Of a DNA stretch of 64,000 nt, positions 1 through 11,893 are shown in pieces. Under the pieces are notes generated by a model, which worked only from the letters and a program-made list of their open reading frames with translations, was not told the DNA's origin and did not search any database. The DNA lies in NCBI GenBank assembly GCA_051362555.1, contig CM120647.1:11198651-11262650 (forward strand). The letters are read 5' to 3'. A program made the position numbers and the translations under genes. The stretch is from Lingula anatina. Lineage: Eukaryota; Animalia; Brachiopoda. The stretch's first letter is position 1. Each line of letters starts with the position of its first letter.

Positions 1-1313
1 ACTGCAGCCACACCCATAGTATTAGTATTATTTATACATTTTGACTTGCCGAGTCAGCAGCTGAGTTTAGAAAGTTACGGTAAACTCGCATATAAACAAC
101 GGGGCTGCAAAACAATTACGAAGATTTATATTTAGCGATCATCCGTCAGTCTGTCGCTATCTATTCATTGGTACAGTGGTAAAATTAAGGTGTGGCACTT
201 ACTATAAGACAGGGGCGGCGCAGTAACCTAGTTTCATCTTTTTACATCTTCAAATGGGTGCTTCAATCACCGATACTACCGATGTCTGGCCGGAGTTCGC
301 CAAGATAAGCCAAGCGTTTCATGCACTTTCTCACCTGAGCTGGGTCACTGTCTGCCGTGATCTGAATACTGTCTACGTGTTTACACCTATGGTAATGGCT
401 CAATCATTTCAACGGGGCAAATTTTTCAATTTTTCAGATACATAATTATGGAATCATTTTGGTGTTTTTACTGTATAGAATAAAACTATTCGGTAGTCTG
501 CTTTTCAACTGTGTTTCTACCACCCAAAAGGAATGTTCCAATATTAATAATTAATTGCATAAAATTGAAATACAGTACGTATCTGTAAAACTCACAGTTT
601 TCCCGGTTGACATGATCGAGTCATTACCGACTGTATCCTGATCCAAACGCCTTTCCACATTAGTTTTGGGCACTACCACATTGACACAATCCCTTACCAA
701 ACATTTCCACTTATATTATATTAAGTTAATTTAAAAGTACTCCCCATCACTCAATTTAACAGACTCAACACTTAATCATCATCATTATACCCACTCAGGA
801 AAATGATCTCCATTACTTATCAGGGGCGGATCCAGGATTATTCGAAGGGGAGGGTGTCCGTGTTTGACTTCCTATTCAAGTTCAATTGTAACTACCGGTA
901 TTGGGCGTATCTCTGCTAATTTTGAAGTATTTCAAATTTTATTTTTCACCACAGAATATTGCGACGTTGTAATTTTTGAATTAGCGCAACTCCTTAACCG
1001 TATCGAAAACAAAAAATACGGACACCACTGCCAGTATTGCACTTGACAAGCTCTACAAAATGAGAAGAAAAAAAAAACATAGGGTCCCTCCCAGTGATAA
1101 TGCACCCATTGAACTCAAATTTCCTAAGATCAAAGGAGTCCCTAATTGTAACCCCTCACTATAATACGAGATCTTAGCTAGGTCTGTGTTGTTTTTGAAA
1201 ATTGGCACAAACAAATATATTTTGCGGAAACACGTCATCTTTTAATTGTATTTTCGATTTACATTGCAAAAAAGGGGGCACATGTATACATGTAAAGTTA
1301 CATATTGTGTATT

Positions 1314-1364
<51 letters not shown>

Positions 1365-1365
1365 A

Positions 1366-1580
1366 GGCTCTATTCCCATAGATTTTAGATCGATCTATCT
1401 CCGCGGGGAGTCTCACTAGATTACTTTCAGATAATCCGACTTAAATGTCCGTCCCGCCTACTACAAGCTGTAAGAGGGTAATTAACTTTCGTGTCCGCCC
1501 GGCTGACAGCTATTTAGCGTGAACCCCCAGGGAGTTAGTTCGATCTAAAGTAGGTCGATCTAATCTATGGAAATGGGGTG
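1366..1580 (+). mobile_element. ~215-bp MITE, family A copy 1 (PIF/Harbinger/Tourist-like)
   Basis: Imperfect TIRs (ttcccatagattttagatcga ... tcgatctaatctatggaa), flanked by TAA on both sides (1363-1365, 1581-1583). Near-identical copies at 16788, 25297 and 27982. Confidence 0.85.
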
Positions 1581-1851
1581 TAACATCATCCATGTTTGAG
1601 ACGTAAAGAAATGTTTATAACGTAGCACATGTGCAAGCAAGCCCCGATAGAAATGTATTTGAGATGTTTCTTTGACAAGAGTTGGAAAATTTTGTATTTT
1701 AGACTTCATCCAAAGGGGCTATAAAAATCTGTCTTGTGAATTCATTGCGTGATAAGCAGGTCAAGCATCCTCAGTAATTTTTACAGTTCGCCATGGGCTA
1801 AACATGACATATGACAGCATATAAAATTTGAAAAGTGCATGTTATGCGCGG

Positions 1852-1922
1852 TATTTATAGGCTATTCACTCAGAGATGAGATCAGCAAGGAGACGCGGCG
1901 GTTACTGACAGGCAAGGAGTCG
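1852..1922 (+). promoter_or_regulatory. Putative TATA-like box and non-coding first exon of the deiodinase
   Basis: tatttatag at 1852-1860, a GC-richer stretch, then a consensus donor cg|gtaagt at 1923. A matching acceptor tttcag (~3740) lies 17 nt upstream of the ATG at 3757. Inference only. Confidence 0.4.
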
Positions 1923-3756
1923 GTAAGTAATACTGTACAATCGACTTCTCAGGGGTAGAAACTACAAAATTTAGCCGTAACTTTAACTAAGGTAAAATTG
2001 TAAGTCTGGCGTAATTAATGATCAACGTGATTCTCCATTTGAATGATAATAGTTTTACTACAAAAACGAAAGAAATATAAAATGTTTTAGGTGGATAGTG
2101 AGATAGACCATAAGTTATTTTGTGTCAAAGGAACCAGCTAGCTTTTCGGATACGTGTGTGGCGTTAATATGAGGGACCCATTTTATATACGCCATAGTTA
2201 TCTGCCTACCGCCTGTACGGCAGTCTATCAGGTGAGACCAAGAAGATAACATATTTAGATGATACGGTGAATAATTGACAGTAGATCTACATTTAGATAC
2301 CACTGTTAAAATACGTGCAAAGAAAAAAGGACAATATAATTAGGACGCTTACATGAAACAGTATAGATCTACTTTAATGTACAGTCATGAATACTGTCAT
2401 CTAAAACCTATACAAAAAGGTCAAAACTTAAGCCAAGATTTCAGTTGTGTTACCAAACACTAAAAGTAGGCCATACATAAAGGATCATTATAAAACACTA
2501 ACGCGAAAGGAAACACCTTATAACTGAACGCACGGAATTCACCATGTGACGCTTCAACAATCACAACGCTGCTGATGTTTTCAGTCACGAACAAATATAT
2601 AGAAAAACATGACACGTAGAACACCGCTGGCGTGGAGACAGTTTTAGTATAGGCCTACATACTGGTACATTTTACACTGTACGGTATAAGCCCTAGGACA
2701 AATATGCAGGTACCAACAAATTCTACGACCATGGCCATAATAAGAGAAGAGGCAGTCTATCAAATTGGCAAATTTTGAGATTACCTGAGCAATATGTGAA
2801 TCGCTGCTCAATCACTTGATCAGAACCTCATTATGAATGCGTGGGATATCCTCAGAAATTGATAACTGCATGAGGAATAACCCTGCAAACAAAATTGATC
2901 TGTACTATTTTTGCGCAGTATGTGGAACGCCATTACTGCACATAGCGTTACAGAACATTTTGACTCCACGCACAGACGCGTCAGGTGCGTCCTCCAAATT
3001 ATTTAATACAGAGGATCGATACTGTACAAAATACTAAAATGTGGCTTTTTTTATACTAAGTTTTGCCTATTTATTGGTTGTACAATCAGTAAATTTTTGT
3101 GACAATACTTCCTTTCAAAAGTTGAATAAATAACATTGGTTTATAATATGACTTTTTTTGCTTGCTTTTTTGGGATATCGATGATTCTTGCGCCACGTTT
3201 TTGAAGTTTGCGTATATCTTCTTGTTCCACGCAGCTGTTCCAAATAATGAAGCAGTAAGCCGAATGAGATAGTATGTGTTTTACCATGTGGGATGTGTTT
3301 AATTTAGATAAAATAGCCAATTAATATACTATTAATTCTTATGTCAAGTTTAAACAGTCATTCCAGCTTAGATTTTTATTTATATGCACTACAATGTTTC
3401 TCTAAATGCACATTTTCTAAAACATCCTCATTGAACTAAACTTTCAGTGAGCTTCCAGTTTTTGGTAGTTTTGCACCTTCCTTTCTGGTTGTGATAAGCG
3501 CTGCTTTTGTTTTTGTTTTGCCGCAATTCGATTTAACCCTAAGCACCTTGAAACATGTTCGATGCTGCTATTCAATTTGCTGTTTAGTTCAGGTCCCTAC
3601 AGTTTGGTCAGTGACACTGAGTTATTGTACAGTCATCAGCATACAAAGCAATTTATCCATTAATATCCAATAGGAACGGATTGTACCGGTACATGTACCC
3701 GGTACAAACCAAAGTTCTTATCGTTATATATTGCGTTTCAGAGAAAGTGAGTCCGG

Positions 3757-4089
3757 ATGGAGGCCGCAGTGTGGCGATATATACGGTGCATCCGGGCACT
3801 GTGGAGAGTCATATGGCTCTATATATTATGTCATACCTTCTACCGGATTTTCCCGGATCGCAACGAGCAGCGGATCCGAAAGTTGATAGCGTCCACTGGA
3901 CAACCTGTCACGGAGGAGAAGGTTCGCTGTCACATGGAGTCACAAGGTACGGTTATGTCAATATACATCGTATCTTAGCCAGCTGGGACTTAACAAATTA
4001 AGATGCAATGTTTCCCTCCACTGAAACGTTTCAGTTGTCAGTATAGTAATTTTGGTAATTAAAGCTAACTTCTCAATGAATATTTCAGG

Positions 4090-4121
<32 letters not shown>

Positions 4122-4123
4122 AG

Positions 4124-4154
<31 letters not shown>

Positions 4155-4761
4155 TTTTTTATCTAAATTTCATTGCATAACAGGATCCTGGGGACACTTG
4201 AAGTACCAACTGCGTTTCGTTCACCAAATGGCTTTCGACATGGCCTTCGTGGGAGGGAACGCTCCTGACGTCACCCTACTGTCGCTTAACACACGGGAAG
4301 AGAAGAGCATCTTGAAATTCGTGTGCGGGGGACGCCCTCTGGTCGTGAACTTTGGAAGCTGTTCCTGACACCCATTCATCGTGAAGTTGGCCAAATTTCG
4401 TGAGATCGTTGAGGAGTTCTCCGAGGTAGCCGACTTTGTTATAGTTTACGTGTCAGAGGCGCATGCGCTGAATGAATGGCACATTAAGACAAACAAGTAC
4501 AATGCAATTAATCAACACGCTACGCTTAATTCTAGAATTGACTCCGCACTCCTCCTTCAAGACGCTCTGAATGAAATAAATTTGAACTGTCTGATCACCG
4601 TGGACAAAATTGACAACGAGGCCAGAATTAAATATGCCGCCTTTCCAGAGCGGCTGTACATCATTCAGAATGGGAAAATCGCGCTGAAAGGAGACCCAGG
4701 ACCCATGGGATACAAGATGGAACCCGTCGAGCATTGGCTGAAGGAACATTGCAAGAAGTAA
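3757..4761 (+). CDS. DIO: Iodothyronine deiodinase (selenoprotein), ~255 aa; exons 3757-3946 and 4184-4761; Sec codon TGA at 4366-4368
   Basis: N-terminal hydrophobic anchor; GGNAPD; RPLVVNFGSCS-TGA-HPF; ADFVIVYVSEAHALNEW; YAAFPERLYII; GPMGY, all deiodinase motifs. Two track ORFs (4123-4368, 4381-4761) share a frame and are joined by the TGA. GT-AG intron with consistent phase 1; total 768 nt. Confidence 0.95.
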
Positions 4762-5129
4762 AAAACAGGACATTTATATGCATCTCAGGATTTTTTTTAA
4801 AACAGTAATACATATATATAGTAATATACATATATGTATACAGTAATACAATAATAAACAAAGATAATCGCTAGCAGGACATATAAGTATCAGTAACCTT
4901 AACATGATATTGTATAAATTCACAACTTAACATGCATGGCGCTGTTAGCTATTGACACAATTTTGTTATCGCAGTGGTGCAGAGGGAATTTTTTTTTTTT
5001 TTTTTTTTTTTTTTTGCGCGTGTGTGTGAAATAGTTCCTGTACTTTTCTTTGGATATCAATATAGGTTTGACAAAAAGTTACCTGTCTAGTAACCACAGT
5101 GCATTTAAATATTTAAATATGACACTGCC

Positions 5130-5188
5130 TCACAACTATGACGAGCCTTGCTTAAATGTTTTCCAGAGCATGGCTCTGACCCAGGTGA
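5130..5188 (+). promoter_or_regulatory. SECIS element (form II-like) in the deiodinase 3' UTR
   Basis: ATGAC (5138-5142) / TGAC (5177-5180) non-Watson-Crick core; helix GAGCC-T-TGCT pairing with AGCA-T-GGCTC; apical AAA at 5154-5156 followed by a TG..CA mini-stem; basal tcac/gtga helix. Confidence 0.9.
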
Positions 5189-5346
5189 CGCGGTTTGTTA
5201 CGTCATTCGTTACGTCACATTTTAGTCTTAAATGTAGCTGTGGTTTCTACACGTCAGATAATACTGGTACATAACAACAGTATTTCTTCTTAGATTCTCG
5301 TAAAATTTCTTTATTGCATAAATATAAATGATATATACAGTAGAGA

Positions 5347-5396
<50 letters not shown>

Positions 5397-5730
5397 AAGG
5401 ATTTGTCTGTAAAGGTAAGGCTGAAGTATTTCAACGACCAGTAAAAGGAGAGTTACGTGTTTTGAGAGCTATTTGTCTTGGTGTTGTTTACAGTATGTTT
5501 ATGTACAGCACAAGGTCAGTGTCTTAGGATAAAGGAAATGCTAGGGTGGGGTGTCGGGAGCTGTTCAAGTTCATGATAGAAAAGACTAAAGTCTTTACAT
5601 ACAGAACCCCAAAATTTCATTTCAATAATCTGGGGGAGGAGGGGGGTCGGTGCACACGCCGTGCCACCCCCTCTCCGCAGCCAACGGCCCTGACAGCTCA
5701 AATGGAATGTGTTGTGTTTTTCTATATATT

Positions 5731-5761
<31 letters not shown>

Positions 5762-6378
5762 AATTAAATTTTTCATGCAACATGACCTTGTCTAAACTTG
5801 GTTTTTCACCTTTTCATGATATATGGTCTTTAACTTTATACCGTCCTGCACATTAGTTCATGAACAGGGAAGACTAAAGCCATAATTCGGTATGACCCCC
5901 CCCCCCAAAAAAAAAAAATAATATATTAAAGATGTAGAGTGCGGAAAATAGGTCAAGAAAACCCAGTGGACACTGCCATTCAACACACTAGTAGTTTCCA
6001 ATCAGTACTGCACATTGTTCACAGTTCAAATATTTCTGATTGACGGCGATCACTTTGCAATGTTATGCCAAACGACAGTACAAATGTGAAAAAAAGAAAA
6101 ATGAAGGGTGATTTATTTTTTTGCCCAAAAAGTTTCATACAACCATATTAGTACTTTATTATGGAGCACAAAACTGTCATATTTTCATAATAATAATAGT
6201 AATAATAACAAAAACCGCAATCACATCAAAAGTTACAATAATGACGAAAAATAAAACGAATAAACATTGATATTGCACAAAAAACTGCATGCACTGAGAT
6301 ATCATCAGAACTCAAAATTTTGCTTGGAGTGGCGGGTTGCAAAACGTCTTCAAACGATGAACCTCGTTTCACTCTCAT

Positions 6379-9300
6379 CTAATCTACAGACTCTCTCTGT
6401 TTGTTATATTCTTCCATCCGGTCCTCCCGCCCATCTTCCCACTCCTGCAATGCATCCTGGGGTAGAATGCACTTCATGACCTCTCTCATTAGGTGATCAC
6501 AGTCTCCAAACACCCTGGAACCGACCTGGGATTTTGTTTCCGAGTTAATTTTATAACACATGGGATCAAAGTCCGTTGGTTGCCTGAAATACACCAAGAT
6601 GACAAAAGGAAATTACTAGTATTCAAGTGTGTGTGTGTGTGTGTGTGTGTGTGAGCGAGAGAGAGAGAGAGAGAGAGACAGAGAGAGAGAAGAGAAGAAG
6701 AAGAAACGAGAGATGGGAGGGGAACTTGACTTCCTTTCTTTATAGTTCGAGAGATAAATAATACTTAGTAGTAGGACTAGATAAATTGGCGAAATTTTCT
6801 GACCATGTTTTCCGAGTCATTTGCATTTTAAAGCAATATATTCTGGGAACAAGTGGGCACACTGACATGTACCTATTACAAATCAACATCCGAACCGGCT
6901 TCTTTCCCTCTTCGACCAACTCGTTGGCCGGTGACACGGTAAGCGATGTCCCCAGACAAAGTACCAAGTCGTTTTTCTGCGCATGCTCAGAGGCGCGGTC
7001 CATGGGCTCATCTTCCAAGTCGTCTCCAAAGTTGATGATTGTGTTCATTAAGTAACCGTCACATCCCTGGAACGAAAGAATGACCCAGATCATTTTACCA
7101 GTCCCGAATTCGTGAATTAAAGCGCGACGACACGACGACACCTTATTAGCACGAGTGTATGTGTGTACAGTGTACGTATGTTTTATTAACTTCACGGTCT
7201 TAGGTGAGCCTACATGTACTTAGGGGTCAACCATTTAAATCAGTTTCACAAACCATACCCAAGGGGTTGAGGGTAATAAAATCTATACTTTTTTGAAAAA
7301 TAAGAAAAATGATGATCCAAATTGCAGGGTTCATAATATTAGCTTTACACTTTGGACTCTCTGAATTGAGAAGGGTCTCAAAAAAGTCCACTCCTGTGCA
7401 AATGATTATAAAAATGGATGACCCCTAAATTCCCCAAAATACAGCTGTTTTCAAACGCTCACCTTTCTCTCGCACTTTCGCCCTGTCCTGTGGTTGATCC
7501 GACAGTTCTTACACTTCTTAGGAACAACGTTCTCCATGCGGGACTTAACGCGGTACGGACGCTCATAACGGGCGCCGCACTTCTCACACTTCTCGTGAAA
7601 CGAATTCCCATGAAGCTCTGATATACTGTCTCTGGGAATCCCTGAGAGCCTGTACAAGAAACAAAAGGAATAAAGTCCTAATTGGTATAATTCGATGAAA
7701 AACTCTCTTCTTGAAATTAGTCTTGGGGCAAAGACCTGCCATGTATATCTTTATAGTTCGAGAGATAAATATTCGAGGATGGGTCGCCTCACCTGTGGGT
7801 ATCAATAAAATTGGGCATGACAGTGATATACATGAAAGGGCTGCCTTACCTGTGGGTATCAATAAAATTGGGCATGGCATGGATATACATGAAAGGTCTG
7901 CCTCACCTGAGGGTATCAATAAAATTGGGCATGGCATGGATATACATGAAAGGTCTGCCTCACCTGAGGGTATCAATAAAATATGGCATGGCATGGCTAT
8001 ACGTGGACACCTCACCTGTGCAGTCCGTCTGTGTTCTGGCTGATTACGTATCTTAGGAGACCCATCTGCAGCAGTTTACACAGAGCCTCGTGGGTGTAGG
8101 TAGGGCGCAGGTTCTCAAATATCACCCCTTTGTTTCCTTTGGGACGCTTGCCTTTGCTTTTCGTAGGCTTGCCTGGCGGAAAGAAAATTAATAGGGGTGA
8201 ACGTCAATTATACATTTAAATGACAGTTCGAAAAGTGAATAGGTAAACACATGCAATTTTCAGTATAAAAATTTAATAATACCTGATGCCTAAGCAACTG
8301 AAAATAGACTTAATAATACCTGTTGCCTTAGCCCTGTCTTTTTCCGTCCACTTCCCAGTTTTACCCCGAAAGTCACCGATCCCAGCAGAGGTAGAGATTC
8401 CAGCACCTGAAACAATATAAGGAAATAAGTAAAAACTGTTCTGGAACGCTCAGGATGGTTTGTTACAGTATTAACGCTAAAAAAACACATCATTCGCTGC
8501 TATGTAGTTAACAATGCAGAGCGTAAAAATGATGAAAGTTGAGTAAAATGAATAAAAATAATGCAACAGGTTATCTCACATATCTCCGAAACAGGCCTTA
8601 AAAACGAAATTTTCGTTTGTGGTTGCGAACGCCGAACTAATGACTCGAGCCGCGATTTCATGGCGCGAACAGTGGCTGGATACGGCATATGTACAGTGCC
8701 AGTATACGCCTACAAATGCTTCAAAGAATATACATTCTGTAAAAAAAAATAAGTTCACCGACTATTTCCACGCACCTGTAAAAGCTATACAGTGGCTGGA
8801 GGTCATTATCATTTGAGACACCCTCTTCGCTTCCGACTTCACTCTCTCATCACAATCAAAATATTCTGCCGTTTTCTTTGCCTCTTTTATCATTTTGATC
8901 TCCTCTGCACTAACGCCATCTTCCGTCCGTTTGCACTTCTCAGTCAATTCTACCCAGCATCTCCTGTGAAAGGTGGCGTCGCCAGAAGCATGCCAGTTTA
9001 CAAGAGCTTTGGTTTCCTTCAGTCCTATTTTTTTAAGAAAAACAGCAAAATTGTACTTAAATAATAAAATCTAAGATAAAAACTATTAAAATCAGTTATA
9101 AATTATAATTTTCCCATGTTATATTTTTCACTTACGACAAATGTTCATTCATCTCTTCAGGCTTTCGGTCATTCCTTTTAATTTTTCTGATAAGAAGGCA
9201 GAGAAAAATAAAATAGAACAGAATGAAACAAAAAAAAAAATCGAATAAAAAAAATAAACAAACAAAATAAAATAAAATAAAACAAAGGAGGTTAAAATGT

Positions 9301-9498
9301 TCAAATGATAAAGTAACAGACCAGACACTGTCAAACATCGGTCATCACGGCACAATGTTGTACTGTAGTAGTACTCGGTCCTTATAAGGTACGCTAATAT
9401 ATTAATGCCAATACATACTACATACTTACGATAGATGAATCGTGCTACCACCGCAAAGGTCGAAAAGCAGTTTCCATCAGGATCCACCCCCAACCTCC

Positions 9499-9533
<35 letters not shown>

Positions 9534-9572
9534 AACTGCGTCCAGCGCCTCCAGCTTCCGAGGGTTAACCAT
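6379..9572 (-). CDS. NAD+-dependent deacylase, class IV sirtuin (SIRT6/SIRT7-like); exons 9572(?)-9430, 9024-8776, 8406-8320, 8172-8016, 7649-7463, 7066-6873, 6583-6379
   Basis: IAFTGAGISTSAGIGDFRG..GKWT, PTYTHEAL, VISQNTDGLHRLSG, SELHGN, CEKC zinc pair, HRTGRKC, IINFGDDL, LCLGTSLTVSPA, ICNRQPT, VFGDCD. All introns GT-AG with consistent phases. Start codon uncertain (see finding on the TG tract). Confidence 0.92.
7785..8010. repeat. 57-bp tandem repeat (~4 units) in sirtuin intron; each unit carries a copy of the 5' splice site
   Basis: Unit cctcacctgagggtatcaataaaattgggcatggcatggatatacatgaaaggtctg. ctcacctg reads CAG|GTGAG on the - strand. Confidence 0.9.
9501..9530. repeat. (CA)15 microsatellite inside the putative first sirtuin exon
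   Basis: Directly visible in the sequence. Confidence 0.95.
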
Positions 9573-9812
9573 AGCTTCCTTGTCCAAGGTCAATAGATGG
9601 TGAACCAGACGTTATGTTTTACTCGTGTTATTTACAGTCTCTAAGCAAAGAATAATTCTATTTTTTTATTCCATACCTGTCTGTTCTGGTTCAAAGGTCC
9701 TGACCTCTGTCCTATCTTCTCCTGCTGTATCCTGGCCACACTGTTTATACTGGCACACCACGGCCGACAGCAACACAGGGGCCTCTGCCATGAGGTTGAT
9801 GATCTCTACATG

Positions 9813-9813
<1 letters not shown>

Positions 9814-9876
<63 letters not shown>

Positions 9877-9920
9877 TGCATTATCATTATTTTCATTATC
9901 ATTATTATTATCATCATTAT
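9814..9920. repeat. (ATT)n microsatellite
   Basis: Directly visible; gives the spurious poly-Ile ORFs 9625-9936 and 9666-9917. Confidence 0.95.
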
Positions 9921-11509
9921 TGCGATCTACATGTAGGAAATTTCGTACACTGGTAGGGTCCTATAGGACACCCTATAAGAATATTTGACCGGAATTTCTT
10001 TTGGGCTGCTCCTTTCTGTTTATGATACCGGGTACTAGTAAGTGTCCTAGCTAGCTATAGGACCCTATACCAGTATGAGAAATTTACCCGAAATCCTACA
10101 TGGTCTTTAAGACGTGTTTTCTACTGGCCCATAGTGTCCTAAAGGATTCCTAGTCTCAAAGAAACTTTCATAAGAAACTTTCACAGAAATAGAAGGTACA
10201 TTATTTTTTCATTGCTTTATAAACTGCTATTATACTCATTAATAGAAGCCCCCTAAAAATTCCAATTTTGAATGAAATAAACCCAAGGATGCAGATCAAA
10301 GTACCCTGTACAACCGGACATGTACCGGTACCTGTACCGTACTAGTATATTGGGTGATTATGAAAATGAATGGAGTAACAGGTTTTGTCAGTCTCGTATT
10401 GGATTAACGCGGTATTGTGGAACCCATGGTTAAAGAGAGAAACGGGGTTATAGGTTAGCTTTTAGGGAAATAAATTTGAACTCACAAACCTGTCGTCTGA
10501 CTCCCAAATCTCTAGACGGCTTTTTTCCAACCCGATCAGCTAGAGGAATGTTTATAGTTGTTAATGAAAACGAACAACCACCGATACAAAACGCACCTGG
10601 TCAAGACGCTCCACAACCGTGGTAAACCGTGGGGCCGCTGTACCTGTGCTGTCCCAGTGCATCACCTCTCTTATCTTCCGGAGGAAAGCGGATGCCCATT
10701 GTGTACATTCTGGGGTTCTTGTGTTGACCTAACATAGGAAGCTAAATAAATGTTCTAAGCTGCCTAGATGGGGCTTGTTCTATTTCTGACGCATTACTAT
10801 ATAATTTTGATTGAAAGATGTCGGTCATATATGGAGTCATAATAATGTAGTTATATGAATTGTAGCTTAGCAAAATTCTACTAAATAATCTGATAAGGTC
10901 GACATAGTTCTCTTTTCGTTGCTCTTATTTTAATCATTGATATCTTTATCTCTTTGCTAATAGTGTTCATATAATAATTCGTTTTTTTTTTGTTTTTTTT
11001 TTAATCAACCAAAACGTTTAACGGAGATTGTTTCATTGCTTAAATGAATACCGATAGAAAATAAACTTAATTTAAATGGACTTTGATATAACTGTTCAAT
11101 TTTCCCCTTGGCTGATAAATACTCAATTCTATTTATTTATTTATCTAATTTCTACCTCCTTTATACCCACCTCTATCCAGTCCAATCGGCCTGAAGCACA
11201 GATCCTATACTACACATTGACCTGAACGATCCTCTAACACACTGGTTTAAACAACCATCCTTATTACACATTGATTAAAACAAGGACATATTTATTCAAT
11301 ATACGTCCTTGGTTAAAACGATCTTCCAGCCACCGCGAGTTCCGGGAAGCGAAGAGCTGTTCGTGGTATTACCAGCTTATGACACATACACGACAATAGA
11401 GAAGAGAAACCAGGACTGAGGACTGACGGCAATGCCGAGGGTATGGACAGCCGTTGATAACCCCCTCCTTCCATAAAAAAGACACACACACACATACACA
11501 CACACACAT

Positions 11510-11549
<40 letters not shown>

Positions 11550-11840
11550 AGATCTAAATGTAAATGAATTATTATTAATTATCTATGCAATTATGAATGA
11601 ATGAATGAATGAATGAATGGCAGTGTCCAGAAGTATGACTCCCTATGATAGCATCAAGCAAATAAAAGGATGATTATATCCTATTGCTCATAGATGGCCA
11701 GGTAATTATGTCACAGAAATAACATATAGCCGTGTGAACGTGAGTAATCTGAGTTTGGTTAGGATGCGTATGTGTCAAAGAAAAGGGTACCAGTTCTCTA
11801 CAATAATACGGTTCAAAGCTTTTATTTATTTTGTTTTATT

Positions 11841-11893
<53 letters not shown>

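Noticed and set aside
4366-4368. TGA read as a pseudogene-causing stop
   Set aside because: It falls on the canonical Sec position, downstream motifs are intact and a SECIS is present.
7584-8056. Repetitive ORFs 7584-8015, 7711-8043, 7811-8056
   Set aside because: Products of the 57-bp intronic repeat, whose unit length is a multiple of 3.
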